A program made the translations under genes and the position numbers. Positions 1 to 12,080 of a stretch of 64,000 bases of DNA are shown piece by piece (position 1 is the stretch's first letter; each line of letters opens with the position of its first letter). A model generated the notes under the pieces. The model saw only the letters and a list, made by a program, of their open reading frames with translations. It did not search any database and was not told the origin of the DNA. Source of the stretch: Bryobacterales bacterium (GTDB taxonomy: Bacteria > Acidobacteriota > Terriglobia > Bryobacterales > UBA6623); contig OY729428.2 in assembly GCA_963422375.2 (NCBI GenBank), positions 1,792,001 to 1,856,000 of the forward strand, in the 5' to 3' direction.

Positions 1-1
1 G

Positions 2-1171
2 CGGGCGCGCTGGCTGACCGAGCGGCACGAAAAGCTGTACCGCCTCAAGGGCACCTACGGCAATCTGAAGGACTTGGAGACCGTCGCCGAGGAGCTTCAT
101 GCGGGCATCATGGCCATGAAGCCCGAGTACGAGGCGCTCGAGCGGGAACTTGCCGCCCACGAAGTTCCCATGACCCCGGCGGTCGTCGACTGGGGCGTGT
201 GGGTGGACGGCTCGACGCCGACAGTCACGCGGATGGATTTGCGTCCGGGCCAGCCGCGCGACCTGCCGGTCTTCGTCCGCGGCAATGTCGCCAATCCAGG
301 CAGGATCGTGCGGCGGCGCTTTCTGAGCGTGTTTGAGGCGAGGCATCCCCCGCCGTTCGAGCGCGGCTCGGGACGCTTGGACCTAGCGAACAAGATCGTC
401 GGGGAGGCCGGCCCCCTCGCCGCGCGCGTGTGGGTGAACCGGGTCTGGGGATGGCACTTCGGCAGGCACCTCGTCCGGACGCCTTCGGATTTCGGGACGC
501 AGGGCCAGAAGCCCACGCATCCCGCATTGCTCGAGGATCTGGCGGCTCGATTCGTGGGCAGCGGCTGGTCGCTGAAGTGGCTCCACCGCGAGATCATGCT
601 GTCCGCGACATACCGGCAAGCCAGCCGTTACGTCGAGGTGTTGCAAGCGGAAGACCCTACGAACCGGTGGATGTGGCGAACGAATCCCCGGAGGCTCGAT
701 GTCGAAGCTTGGCGTGACTCGATCCTCATGGCGTCCGGCGAGCTCGATACTGCCATGGGCGGTCCGTCGGAGGATATCGACGGCAGCTCGTCGGCTCGCC
801 GGTCGGTGTATTCGCGAATCAGCCGGGCGCGCCTGCACCCCGTGTTGCAGCTGTACGACTTCCCGCTTGCGACGCAGCACAGTCCGGCCCGGCAGGTCAC
901 CACGACGCCGTTGCAGCAGCTCTTCGTGCTCAACAGCAGTTGGATGCAGGCTCGCGGGCGCAGTCTGGCCGATAGCGTGGCCGCTGTCCGGGGCCGCGCC
1001 GAGCGCGTCGAGGCCTTGTACCGACAGGCGCTCGCCCGCGATCCGACCGAGCGAGAGACCGATCTGGCTCTGGAGTACTTGGAGGCCCGGCGGCAAGAGC
1101 TCGGTCGCGAGCCTTGGGAGGAGTACGCTCACAGCATCCTCGGGACGACCGAGATCAGCTTCCTGAATTAG
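2..1171 (+). CDS. DUF1553 (PSD1)-domain protein, planctomycete cytochrome-c-associated family; 5' partial
   Basis: Frame is open from the window start. Motifs GSGRLDLA, ARVWVNRVWGWHFG, DFGTQGQKPTHPALL, WSLKWLHREIMLSATYRQ, RRLDVEAWRDSIL and TTPLQQLFVLNS are typical of DUF1553. Confidence 0.85.
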   Translation, partial: RARWLTERHEKLYRLKGTYGNLKDLETVAEELHAGIMAMKPEYEALERELAAHEVPMTPAVVDWGVWVDGSTPTVTRMDLRPGQPRDLPVFVRGNVANPGRIVRRRFLSVFEARHPPPFERGSGRLDLANKIVGEAGPLAARVWVNRVWGWHFGRHLVRTPSDFGTQGQKPTHPALLEDLAARFVGSGWSLKWLHREIMLSATYRQASRYVEVLQAEDPTNRWMWRTNPRRLDVEAWRDSILMASGELDTAMGGPSEDIDGSSSARRSVYSRISRARLHPVLQLYDFPLATQHSPARQVTTTPLQQLFVLNSSWMQARGRSLADSVAAVRGRAERVEALYRQALARDPTERETDLALEYLEARRQELGREPWEEYAHSILGTTEISFLN

Positions 1172-1849
1172 GCGTGAGGCTCGCTACTGACGCCGGTCGC
1201 CAGCTGAGGCGAACGCGACGGCCCGCCGACCGTCAATCGGAGCAGCGCAACGAGGCGCATCTCGCAGCTGCCCTCTTGGTCGCTCTCCCTGCAGATTCGG
1301 CATGCGTGCGGCCGGGCAGCCCGAGGTCCTCCCCGATTCCTTCCGGCCGGACAGTCGTGCGCTGCCATTTCCTGCCCGTGTCGCAGCTCCGGGCTGAGCG
1401 AGGCGCTTGCACTGGCGGCAGGTTCGCCCCGAACCGGGCGGAGCGACCGACCGTGCAGCGGGGAGTCGAGCGCAGCGTCTGGGACGAGTGCAGGTTGTTC
1501 GGCACGCTCGGATCCGAGCGGTATGCGCCGGGGAACCGGCGTCCCTAACGCGATCAAGCCCAGTCCGCCAGCGTCCGCCGGATCGTGGCCCGGATGTCGC
1601 GGATCCCTCGCCAGGCCAGCTGCGACCGCAGCGGCTGAGCAGCCCCTCGGCACGAGCCAGATTCGTGAATGATGCAGGCTTGAAGTGGCAGGAATGCGCG
1701 TTTGCTCGCCTCCCGACTCTCCTGAGGCGGATCTGGCCGAGCGGCTCATCAGAACTCGCTAGCCGACAACGGCTCCGTGCGGGCTGGCATCCCGTCCGCG
1801 GGCCCAGCGACCATGCACGGGAGCCGCCACCGAGCCTTGGCCTCGCGCT

Positions 1850-2869
1850 CTACTCGGCACCGACGAGAGGCTCGCCCCATCGTGACTGGCGGTACGTTAG
1901 GTGCTGGATGCCGGGCTCGCTGCCGAAGTCTGACGGCATCCCCTCCAACGCCGCGTCAATCCAAGCCGCATCGAACTGCTCCCACGCCGCCTCTTCTGGA
2001 GCGTCGGTGTGGCTGACGGGCAAGGACATCGTCCAGCGCGGGCAATCGAGGTGGGCGAAGATCGCAAGCACGGTCTCGGGCGGCACGACATCGTCCATTC
2101 GACCGTAGCCGGCGATCACCGGGCACTGGACGAAGGGCGCGAAGTTCATCGAATCGAAGTAGCTGAGGGTGCGCATTACCCGGTCCCGCTCCGACGGGAG
2201 GGCCTCGATGTATCGCCGCGTCTCGACCGCGCTTCCTCTCTTGACGAGCCGGTGCCGGCCCTCGTGCCAGCCGAAGGTCGGGACCCCGGCCGCTACGAGA
2301 CCCGCCGACTGGGTCACGGCCTCGGTCATCAGCGCCAGCGCTCCCGAGAAACTGTAGCCGTGGAACACGAGATCTCTCGTCCTGCCACCGAACAGCTGGG
2401 TGCCCGCCTCGACGGCCCGCGCGTAGTCGCAGACCGCCCCTCTCAGCACGGACGTTCTCGGGGATCCGATGCCGGTCACCATGTAGCCCCATGGCGAGCG
2501 GTTCTGCACAGAATCGAACGATTCGCCGAATCCCCTGACGTCGAAGCCCAGGATGTTGAGCCCGCTGAGACCCCAGAGCCATTGAACAGCGGACCGTCCG
2601 CCGTAGCCGTGCGCGTGAATGACGAGCGGGCGAGGGCGGTCGTCATTCCACCCGAGCGCGTACCCGCGCAGCCTCGCGCCTGCGAGGGAAGTGAAGCGCA
2701 GGCGGGCGGCCCTGAGTTCCTTGTACGGCTGGCGCGCGAAGTCCGCCACCTCAAGGGCGATTTCGGTCGCTTGCAGCTCGGCCAATGTCTCCGCCCAGAA
2801 CTCGCTGAAGTCCGGCGGCGTCGTCAGGGCTGGGGTGCCGCCCGGAGTCGGGTCAGCCCGCGAATTCAT
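1850..2869 (-). CDS. Acetylxylan esterase / cephalosporin-C deacetylase-like alpha/beta hydrolase (CE7/AXE1)
   Basis: N-terminal PPDFSEFWAETLAEL, HGYGG, FDVRGFGES, nucleophile elbow GYSFSG, LSYFDSMNFA and DDVVPP. Confidence 0.8.
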   Translation of the reverse strand: MNSRADPTPGGTPALTTPPDFSEFWAETLAELQATEIALEVADFARQPYKELRAARLRFTSLAGARLRGYALGWNDDRPRPLVIHAHGYGGRSAVQWLWGLSGLNILGFDVRGFGESFDSVQNRSPWGYMVTGIGSPRTSVLRGAVCDYARAVEAGTQLFGGRTRDLVFHGYSFSGALALMTEAVTQSAGLVAAGVPTFGWHEGRHRLVKRGSAVETRRYIEALPSERDRVMRTLSYFDSMNFAPFVQCPVIAGYGRMDDVVPPETVLAIFAHLDCPRWTMSLPVSHTDAPEEAAWEQFDAAWIDAALEGMPSDFGSEPGIQHLTYRQSRWGEPLVGAE

Positions 2870-3002
2870 GCGCCTAGGGGTCCATCCGGCTGCTCCGCTA
2901 GGGAGCGCGCGGATCCATGTGGAATGCTAGCATCTTGGAGCGCTGGCGGCGCGAGCCTCGCTCTCTGCCCGCCGGTCCTCCCGCCGGTCAGAGTGAGGCG
3001 CT

Positions 3003-4487
3003 GTGCAGACTCCGCTTGACCTGCTGCGAGAGTCGGGATTCTTCGAGGGCTTCGCCGACGCCGACCTTGTCGCCCTCGCCAGCGATGCCGTGCGGCTGAG
3101 CTTTGGCAAGGGCGATCGCGTCGTACAGGAGGGCCGACCTTCCAATCGCTTGTTCATTCTAGTCTCGGGCACCTTGGAGCTCTCCTTCTCAGACGCCCAG
3201 GCAACCGGCGAGATGGATCCGCAGGTGGCCGAGGGCCCGAGCAGCATCGTGATTCATTCGATCAACGAACCGGGAGCATTGATTGGATGGTCCTCGATGG
3301 TCGAGCCGTTCGTGTGCCGGGCCACCGCCACCGCGCTCGAGACGACGCGCATGATCGCGCTCGGCAGGGATGCCGTCGATGCGTACTGCCAGAGCCATCC
3401 GGAGTTCGGGCTCCGGTTCGTCAAGCGCATCCTCTGGGCGCTCGGCGAGCGGATCGGGCGCAGCAGGGCGCAGCTGGCCGCGCGAGGCCATTCTCGCGAG
3501 GCCGAGAGAGTTCGCATGTTGCTGGCCGAGCGCGGCGAGCGGCTGGGGGTGAAGTCGCCGCTCTACAAGGTGCCGGTGTATCTCGAGGACCGTCTGACGG
3601 CGGCCGATGCGTACGACACGCTCGACGAGGTGGCGCTCTCCGCCGATGAGCTGGAGAGGGGGCTCGCGGTCGAGTGCCGGCGGCTGATCGCCGACTTCGA
3701 GCGGGAGGCGCGCGTGTTTCGACAGCTGCAGCGCATCTACGACTCGGTGGCCCAGGCGCCGGACTGCGCGGCGCCGGAGGATGTCCGGCGAATTTGCTGC
3801 CGCGGCTTCCAGAAGCTGTACGCCCTCACGGACTACCGCGTGGCAGGCTGGGAGAACCTGCCGTCCGAGAGCGGCTTCATCGTGCTGATGAACCACCTCT
3901 CGAACCACCCCGAGAACACTCTGCCTAATCGGTTCCAGCTCACGCTCGACACGCATTTCGTCAGCGCGATGATCCTTTTCGAGCGCTACGGCGAGCCGCC
4001 CGTGCGGGTGGTGCGGCAAGCCGCGCCGGACGAGGCCGGCCACCGGCGCTACTTTGATCGGTTCGGCTACATCACAGTGACGGCCGGGCCCGCTCCCGGC
4101 CCGCCCGGCGAAGCGCGGAGCCGCTTGGCCGCGATTCGCCGCCAGTTCCTCGAGCAGGCCCGGAGCGAGCTCGCGGCAGGCAGCAACTTGGTGATCTGTC
4201 CCGAGGGAGGCTCCACCGTGACGGAGTCGTCGCCGATGGCGTTCCGGGCGGGAGGCTTCCGCATCGCGAGGAGCGCCCGGCCGGAACCGCTGCTGCTGCC
4301 GATCGCCGTGGCCAACTTCGACAAGCAGATCGGCCGTACGCGCTTGGCGGCCAAGATCTACCCACCCATTCGGCTCTCGGACTCGGTCCCCCCCGAAGAT
4401 TCCGACAAGGACTTCTACTCATTTATCAACGGGCTCCGCGAGCGCTACCGAGGGTTCGTGCGCGAGGCGCGCCAGCTGGCCGCCTAG
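3003..4487 (+). CDS. Cyclic-nucleotide-binding domain fused to a PlsC-like acyltransferase domain
   Basis: N-terminus has FFEGF, GDRVVQEG, LFILVSG, GALIGWSS and ATATALE (cNMP/Crp fold). C-terminus has GWENLP, NH, ICPEG, FRAGGF and LLPIAV (acyltransferase blocks). Confidence 0.7.
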   Translation: MQTPLDLLRESGFFEGFADADLVALASDAVRLSFGKGDRVVQEGRPSNRLFILVSGTLELSFSDAQATGEMDPQVAEGPSSIVIHSINEPGALIGWSSMVEPFVCRATATALETTRMIALGRDAVDAYCQSHPEFGLRFVKRILWALGERIGRSRAQLAARGHSREAERVRMLLAERGERLGVKSPLYKVPVYLEDRLTAADAYDTLDEVALSADELERGLAVECRRLIADFEREARVFRQLQRIYDSVAQAPDCAAPEDVRRICCRGFQKLYALTDYRVAGWENLPSESGFIVLMNHLSNHPENTLPNRFQLTLDTHFVSAMILFERYGEPPVRVVRQAAPDEAGHRRYFDRFGYITVTAGPAPGPPGEARSRLAAIRRQFLEQARSELAAGSNLVICPEGGSTVTESSPMAFRAGGFRIARSARPEPLLLPIAVANFDKQIGRTRLAAKIYPPIRLSDSVPPEDSDKDFYSFINGLRERYRGFVREARQLAA

Positions 4488-4605
4488 ATCCGGCGCGCGG
4501 TGCGCCGGCGGCTCGGCACCGACGGATGGCAGCGGTCGGGTCGAGGGCGCCCTGCGGGCCGCTCGGCTCGGCAACGGCGAGCCCCCGCGCCGAACTGCGC
4601 CCCGG

Positions 4606-5067
4606 TCATTCGAATACGATGCGGTCCTTCCTCGCCTTGATCTTCGCGGTGTCGATGCCCGGCACCGCGAGCAGATCCTCGAGCGACTGGAAAGGGCCGC
4701 GCTCTTGCCGGAAGCGCAGTACCGCCGCCGCTTCCGAGCGCCTGAGGGACAGGCGGCTCTCCAGGTGGATGGCTCGGGCCCGGTTGACGTTGACCGGAGG
4801 GGCCTCCTCCGCGGGGAAGTGCCTAGCTAGGTAATCGACCAGCGTCAGCAGCTCGATGTCCGTAGCCTTCACGCCCAGGCCGACCATCTTGGTCAGCGTC
4901 GCGGCCCAGCCGTTCCTGTCCTGGCGCAGCGAGATCGATTGGCCGATGTCGTGGCACCCCTGGCAGAGTCTCTCGGCCTCCGGCTTGCCCGGTCCTTCGG
5001 GGAGGCTCGACCCCGGCAGCTGACTTGCGGCGGCCAGCAGGAGCGCGATCGTCAGGGAGGTGCGCAT
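4606..5067 (-). CDS. Exported monoheme cytochrome c fused to a ComEA-like helix-hairpin-helix domain
   Basis: Signal peptide, CQGCH heme motif with W..TLTKM, then VNVNRA, AAAVLRFRQERGPFQSLEDLLAVPGID (HhH). Confidence 0.8.
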   Translation of the reverse strand: MRTSLTIALLLAAASQLPGSSLPEGPGKPEAERLCQGCHDIGQSISLRQDRNGWAATLTKMVGLGVKATDIELLTLVDYLARHFPAEEAPPVNVNRARAIHLESRLSLRRSEAAAVLRFRQERGPFQSLEDLLAVPGIDTAKIKARKDRIVFE

Positions 5068-6570
5068 CTAGCGCTCCATCGGGAAGCCGAACGCGTAGAC
5101 GGCGCTGTCGGATGTGGTCAGGTACACCTGCCCGGGTCCTGCGGACAGCACGTTGCCCCGCGCCGTGGACTTGATCGAATCGCCGCTGTCCCACAGCGCC
5201 CGGCCGGTCGTGCCGTCGAGCGCGTAGAGCCTGGCCGCTCCGGAGGAAGGCCCTCCGTCGAGCGCGAACACGACTCCGTTGACGATGATCGGGGGCAGGG
5301 GCGCATCCATTCGGGGGGACTCCCAGCCCTTCGCCACTCGCTTGGCGTCGCCGCTCCCATCGACCCTCCACGCCGTCACGCCCTCGGCCGCCGGAACGAG
5401 CACCCAATGCGTGCCGCTAGGATCCCGCCATGCGGCCAAGGCCGTGTCCTCGGGCTGGCCCGTCGCGCCCGCGGAGGCGGTGGCGAGCTGCGCAAGCGTC
5501 GCGCCCTCGTAAATTCGGAGCGAGCCGTCCCTCGCGACCGCCGCCACGCAATCGCTGCCTCCGTGGTCGAACACGACCGGCGACGACAGAAAGCCGACGG
5601 CCTCGCTCCTGGCTCGGAGAGCCAGCGTCCGGCCGTCCAGCGCCACCAAGGCGCCGTCGCTGGTCGTCGCGTAAACCGTGCCGTCCGGGCCGAACGCGAC
5701 GCCCGCCGACCCGACAACGGATCCGCCGTCCGACTTCCACGAGATGACCGTGCCCGACTCGAGGTCGAGGGCCCAGACCGCGTCGGGAGCGCCGTTGCAC
5801 GAGTTGCTGGACGCCACGTAGGCCGTGCCGTCCACGACGATCAGGCCGCGGGCGTTGACGTTGGCCTGCAGGAACCGCACCGGTGGGACACGGTCCCGGC
5901 CATTGGAAACGTACAGCGAGTGGAGCATGCCGTCAGCGGACAGCGCGTAGACGAGCATCACGCCGCGCAGCGCTCTCCGCGCGGGCGGCCGCGTCCGGGC
6001 CGACGCCGGCCGTTGTTGCGGACGTTGGGTCGACGCGGGGATCTCGGCGAGCGTCACGGCTCCTTCTTTGGGCCTCCCGACGCCGCTCTTCGCGGGGGAG
6101 CGCCGCCCGCGGGCTCCGAAGCCCAGCGAGGACGGCATCGCCGCGGCCGTGGGGCGAGTCAGGTTGGCTGTCATTCCCCCGGGGCATTCCGGAGTGCTCG
6201 CGCGCGGCCCGGGCAGGAAGTGCCGCTCCCATTCCATGCGGGCGAGGTCGGTATCCATGACGTACACCCCGCCCGAACTCCCGCCCACGAACGCCAGCGA
6301 ACGGAAGCCTCGGTGGCTGATGAGGAAGTCCAGCAGCGCCGGCGCGGTGAGCGCGTTCCCGCTGCGCGCCTCGTTGGGCAGATCGATCTTCCAGAGGAAC
6401 CTAAATTCGGGGGCGCGCACCGTCGACGGCGAGGTCTTGGCGTCGGACCGCACCCACGAGGACCGCTGGGCGTCGGATCCCACCGAAGTCCAGTCGTCGG
6501 AGCGGGCTCCGGGCGCGGCCAGCGCGAGCACGGCGAACAGGGAAGCGAGAAAGGCCTTCGAATCGAGCAT
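5068..6570 (-). CDS. Exported PQQ-binding-like beta-propeller repeat protein
   Basis: Signal peptide, DW..G.DAQRSSW, repeats such as VWALDLESG and LYALDGTTGRALWDSG, C-terminal VYAFG. Confidence 0.75.
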   Translation of the reverse strand: MLDSKAFLASLFAVLALAAPGARSDDWTSVGSDAQRSSWVRSDAKTSPSTVRAPEFRFLWKIDLPNEARSGNALTAPALLDFLISHRGFRSLAFVGGSSGGVYVMDTDLARMEWERHFLPGPRASTPECPGGMTANLTRPTAAAMPSSLGFGARGRRSPAKSGVGRPKEGAVTLAEIPASTQRPQQRPASARTRPPARRALRGVMLVYALSADGMLHSLYVSNGRDRVPPVRFLQANVNARGLIVVDGTAYVASSNSCNGAPDAVWALDLESGTVISWKSDGGSVVGSAGVAFGPDGTVYATTSDGALVALDGRTLALRARSEAVGFLSSPVVFDHGGSDCVAAVARDGSLRIYEGATLAQLATASAGATGQPEDTALAAWRDPSGTHWVLVPAAEGVTAWRVDGSGDAKRVAKGWESPRMDAPLPPIIVNGVVFALDGGPSSGAARLYALDGTTGRALWDSGDSIKSTARGNVLSAGPGQVYLTTSDSAVYAFGFPMER

Positions 6571-6656
6571 GGCAAGCGTATCGCGAAAGGCGGAATGCCC
6601 GGCAGACGATCAATCATATCGTTGCGGACTAGAATGGTTCAACAGGTTTGGCCTCC

Positions 6657-8207
<1,551 letters not shown>

Positions 8208-8330
8208 GGTCCGGCAGGGCCAGTGACCGGCTGTCCCGAAGCGGTGGCCGGCAGCGCGCCCGCCATGGGCTGCTTCGACCGAAGTCATTGGGAACTGCGT
8301 GGCGGCGAGGAGGTGAGCTCGGAATCTTCG

Positions 8331-9863
8331 GGAAATTATATATCTGAGTGCCGACAACGCCATGGTCCGACTAGAACTGCTGTGAGCAGGGAGGTGGGTG
8401 TCGAGCTGGGGTCATGCGAGTGCGGCCGCGGCGGGCACAGAGGGGTGGGGTGTGGGATCGTATCTGAATCGAGCCTGCCAGCGGATTGGACGAGGAAGGG
8501 ACTAGAGAGGCCGCCTCGCATGCCCCGGTGGAACCCGGTTGGCGGTGGCAGGGCACGCCTTGCAAGCCGCTTGCAGGCCCTGCGAGGGCCGATGACAGCG
8601 GATCCCCGGCGCTCGACGGCCTGCATGGACGGTCCGGGCCGGACCGGGGTCGCGCCGGGGCATTCCGCATCCGGTGCGCCCCTCGCACCGAGCGTGAAGC
8701 GCACCGAGCGTGAAGCGCGCGCCCGCAGCGGGCTGCCGCGCTCAGCGCGGCGGGCGCCGCTCAGGCCGCGACCGCGGCCTTGCCGGTCAGCTGCCGGTAG
8801 GTCAGCGTCCGGCCGACCAAGCCCCGCGCCATGCGCCGCATCCGTTCCGCCGTGTCGCAGTCGCGGTTGTTGCACCGTCCCGCGAACTCCGTGAGGTAGC
8901 GGCCGAGATGACGGACGCTCATCCGGTGATAGGTTCCGTACAGGCCGCGCTTGAACAGGGACCGGAACGATTCGATGCCGTTCGTATGCGCTGCCCCGCG
9001 CACGTACTCGCCGCCGGAGCGCCGGAGTGCCTGACGGCTTCGTGCGGGAACTCCGCCATGCCGGCGTAGGCCGCCGCCTCGTCGGAGCGGACCTGCGCCC
9101 CCGGCGCGACGCGGGCGCGCGCGAAGCCCTGCAGGTCGCCCTCGGCGGTGCCCGGCAGCGGCCGCGCGGCCGCTGCGTTCGTGGCGCGGTCGCGCGCCCC
9201 CGCCACCGGGGTCTTGCCGACGGGCCCGCGCCCGGCGCGGGCCTTCTTCCTCTCGTGCTTGTTGCGTCCCTTGCCGCCGACGTAGGTCTCGTCCACTTCC
9301 ACCGGGCCGGCGAACAGGCCCCGATCCCGCTCCCGGCACGCGCGGATGCGGTGCGCGAGGTGCCGGGCCGACTTCCGGCTGATGCCTAGGTCGCGGTGCA
9401 GCTTCATGCTCGAGACGCCCTTGATGCCGGTGGTCAGCAGGAACAGGGCGACGGCCCGGGTGCGGTAGCCGAGCTCGGTGTCGGCCGTCACGCTGCCGGT
9501 GCGCACGGAAAAGCGCTTGCCGCAGCCGCGGCAACGGTACGGCATCGAAGGGTGGGCCGCGCCGGACTGCACGCTGGAGCCGCGGCAGCGGGGGCACGCG
9601 GGACCGTCCGGCCAGCGCATGGAGGCGAACCACTTTTCCGCGGATTCGTCATCGCGGAACATGGCGATCACTTCAATCAGAGTGATGCCTTTACGAAACC
9701 ACTTCCCGGGACCTTTCTGCTTCATATACGATCTCATATCTTGAAACTATTCTACCAAGAAACACTACCGAATGTCAACGGAACTCCGGAAGAAATAGGA
9801 AAATATCTAGTGGCATGATAATTTGTCGGCTTGGTTCCCTCGGCACTCAGATATATAATTCCC
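8331..9863 (-). mobile_element. IS1595-family insertion sequence (degenerate)
   Basis: 24-bp terminal IRs at 8331-8354 and 9840-9863 (1 mismatch). Flanked by 8-bp direct repeats AATCTTCG (8323-8330) and AATCTTTG (9864-9871). Confidence 0.9.
8761..9737 (-). pseudogene. IS1595-family transposase, frameshifted
   Basis: Zn ribbon CPRC...YRCRGC, VEVDETYVGG, HTNGIESF and RYLTEF. An 8-bp duplication at 9012-9027 splits the gene over two frames. Confidence 0.88.
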
Positions 9864-10327
9864 AATCTTTGACGGTGCCCTCGATGCCCGCGGTTCTGCG
9901 ATTCGGGCGGGGATGCGGCGCAACGGTGCAGTCGAGCAGCGCGGGGTTCCGCTCGGGGACTCTTTCCAAGCGGCTTCCCTTGTCCAGCACGTAGCCGCCC
10001 GCTCTCCGTCGATCCTGATCAGGTCGGCCCGAGCTCGCTTCGAGCGGCCCTCGCCCCTTCCGAGAATCCGGGGACAACCCGCCACTCTCCTCAGCATGCG
10101 GACCAGTGCTGCCTCCCATTGGCTGGCCAACCTCGGCGAGTTTTCATGTGGCGGCTCTGGAGGCGTGCCATTCGCTCCATTCCACGAATGCAACGATACA
10201 AACCGCCCATTCAACTCCGAAGTGCGACACGCGCCGAGCCACAAGATGGCAGGGAGGGGAGAGGGGGGCAGCGAGCGGTGGTGTCGCGGCAGTAGGCTGG
10301 TAGGTGCTGGAAGGAGCAGGGAGGCGG

Positions 10328-11290
10328 ATGCGGAAGAGCTACACGCACGTGACGCAGGAGGAGCGCTGCCGGATCGAGACGCTGCGGGCGGCGGGCTGGG
10401 GAGCGGGCAGGATCGCCGGGCAGCCGGGCCGCAACCGGGCCACGATCTACCGGGAAGTGAGCCGCAACGGCCGACCGGCGGAGGGCGAGCGCGCGGCGAG
10501 CTACAGCTTGGGGAGCGCGCGGGAGCGCGCGGAGCGGCGGCGGCGCGCGGCGTCGTGCCGGCCGCGCCAGCTGACGTCGGCGCTGCGGACGCGGATCGAG
10601 GACTGCCTGCGGCAGGACTGGAGCCCGGAGCAGGAGCCCGGAGCAGGTCGCGGCGCGGCTGAAGCGGGAAGGGGCGCTGGAGATCAGCCCTGAACGGATC
10701 TACCAGCTGGTGCGCGCGGAGCGGCGGCAGGGGGGCCGGCTGTACCGGCACCTGAGGCAGGGCGGCCGCAAGCGCGTGCGGCGGGTCGGCCGGACGGCGG
10801 GCCGCGGCCTGATCCCGGGGCGCGCGGACATCGCGGAGCGCCCGGCGGAGGCGCGAGCGCTGGTGACGCTGGTGGACCGGTTCTCTCAGTACCTGCTAGT
10901 GCAGCCGGTTAGCCGGCGCACGGCGCAGCTGGTCGGGGCGGCGATGACGGCCATGCTCGCAGGGAGCGGGGCCGTGACGCACACGCTCACGGCCGACAAC
11001 GGCAAGGAGTTCGCGGCAAGGAGTTCGCGGGGCACCGGGAGGTGGTGCAGCGGCTGGGGGCGGGCTTCTACTGCGCGCGGCCCTGCCACTCCTGGGAGCG
11101 CGGGCTGAACGAGCCTGCCAACGGGCTGCCGCGGCAGTACTTCCCGCAGGGGACGGACCTGCGGCGAGTGGACCCGGCCCGGGTGCGGGAGGCGCGGGAC
11201 CGCCTGAACCGGCGTCCGCGGAAGGTGCCGGGCGGGCGCACGCCGGAGGAAGTCTTCCCGGCGGAGCGGGAGCGGGTGCCGCGGGGCTGA
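10328..11290 (+). pseudogene. IS30-family transposase with frameshifts and an internal deletion
   Basis: HTH segment GRNRATIYREVSRN, WSPEQ, TLTADNGKEFA, SWERGLNE and LNRRPRK, spread over three ORFs. The expected GHWEGD-type block appears missing between ERPAEA and LVTLVDR. Confidence 0.88.
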
Positions 11291-11358
11291 GGCAGGGCTG
11301 GCAGCCCGCCGCCCCGGACAGGGGCGCGGGGGAGCTGCGCCCGGACAGGCGCGGACTC

Positions 11359-11413
11359 GACCCTCCGGGCCTTGCTGCGGTCGCTCCGCTCCCTGCGCAA
11401 GGCCCGGAGGGTC
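11359..11413 (+). other. 17-bp-stem inverted repeat (hairpin) in the IS30 3' non-coding region
   Basis: GACCCTCCGGGCCTTGC (11359-11375) pairs perfectly with GCAAGGCCCGGAGGGTC (11397-11413). Confidence 0.7.
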
Positions 11414-12080
11414 CCCGTTCCGGAAACGGGGCACGCCTGCCCGCCTGCCCGGGACGCGGCCCCCCGCTGCGGCCCGGCAGCGGCTTGTCCGGCGCCGCTG
11501 GATCTGCTACTGTGGTCCTAGTATCCCAGCCCACCGCCCCTTACCCGCGTGTCGCACTTCGGAGTTGAATGGGCGAACATTATCGCTAGGCAACATAGCT
11601 GGGAGCAAGAGGGCCTTCAGGGAGGTCTGCGTTATTTCTTCCCAGAACAACCGCGAATTCTCACTCTGGCCAAGGGATTCTTCTGCCCGTTCTGGTCACG
11701 GGTCTGATCAATTAATAGAAGTAGTCCCCGGGAATTGACGAGTACAATCTCATTCCTGAGACGACGCGAAACATCGTAGTTCCGCTCGCGGTCCCCACCT
11801 GCAGCGCTCGCTGCGACGACCTCGCCGACGGGGATCTGCTCCAAGCGGGCATGGAACTACGGGGCACTGGGATCTCGACTCGGCAGCGGCGTAAGGCCCG
11901 TGCCGGCGGAGTGGCACGGTCTGGGCCAAGGGCGGACGGCCGGCGAGCCGTGCGCCGCACCGGCGGAAGCGCCCGGCCGAACCGGAGATCCGGGCCGGGA
12001 CTGGTCGAGAGTGCCCGCGCGAGTGAATGCCCCGGCTCCGGCCGTGTCGCGGGATCGCGATTCGCAGTAGGGTGTAAGGC

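Larger units (their letters stand above)
10204..11575 (+). mobile_element. IS30-family insertion sequence (degenerate)
   Basis: Perfect 30-bp terminal IRs at 10204-10233 and 11546-11575; 3-bp AAC direct repeats at 10201-10203 and 11576-11578. Confidence 0.9.

Noticed and set aside
1172..1849. Intergenic ORFs or ncRNA
   Set aside because: No recognisable protein motif, RNA family or clear repeat.
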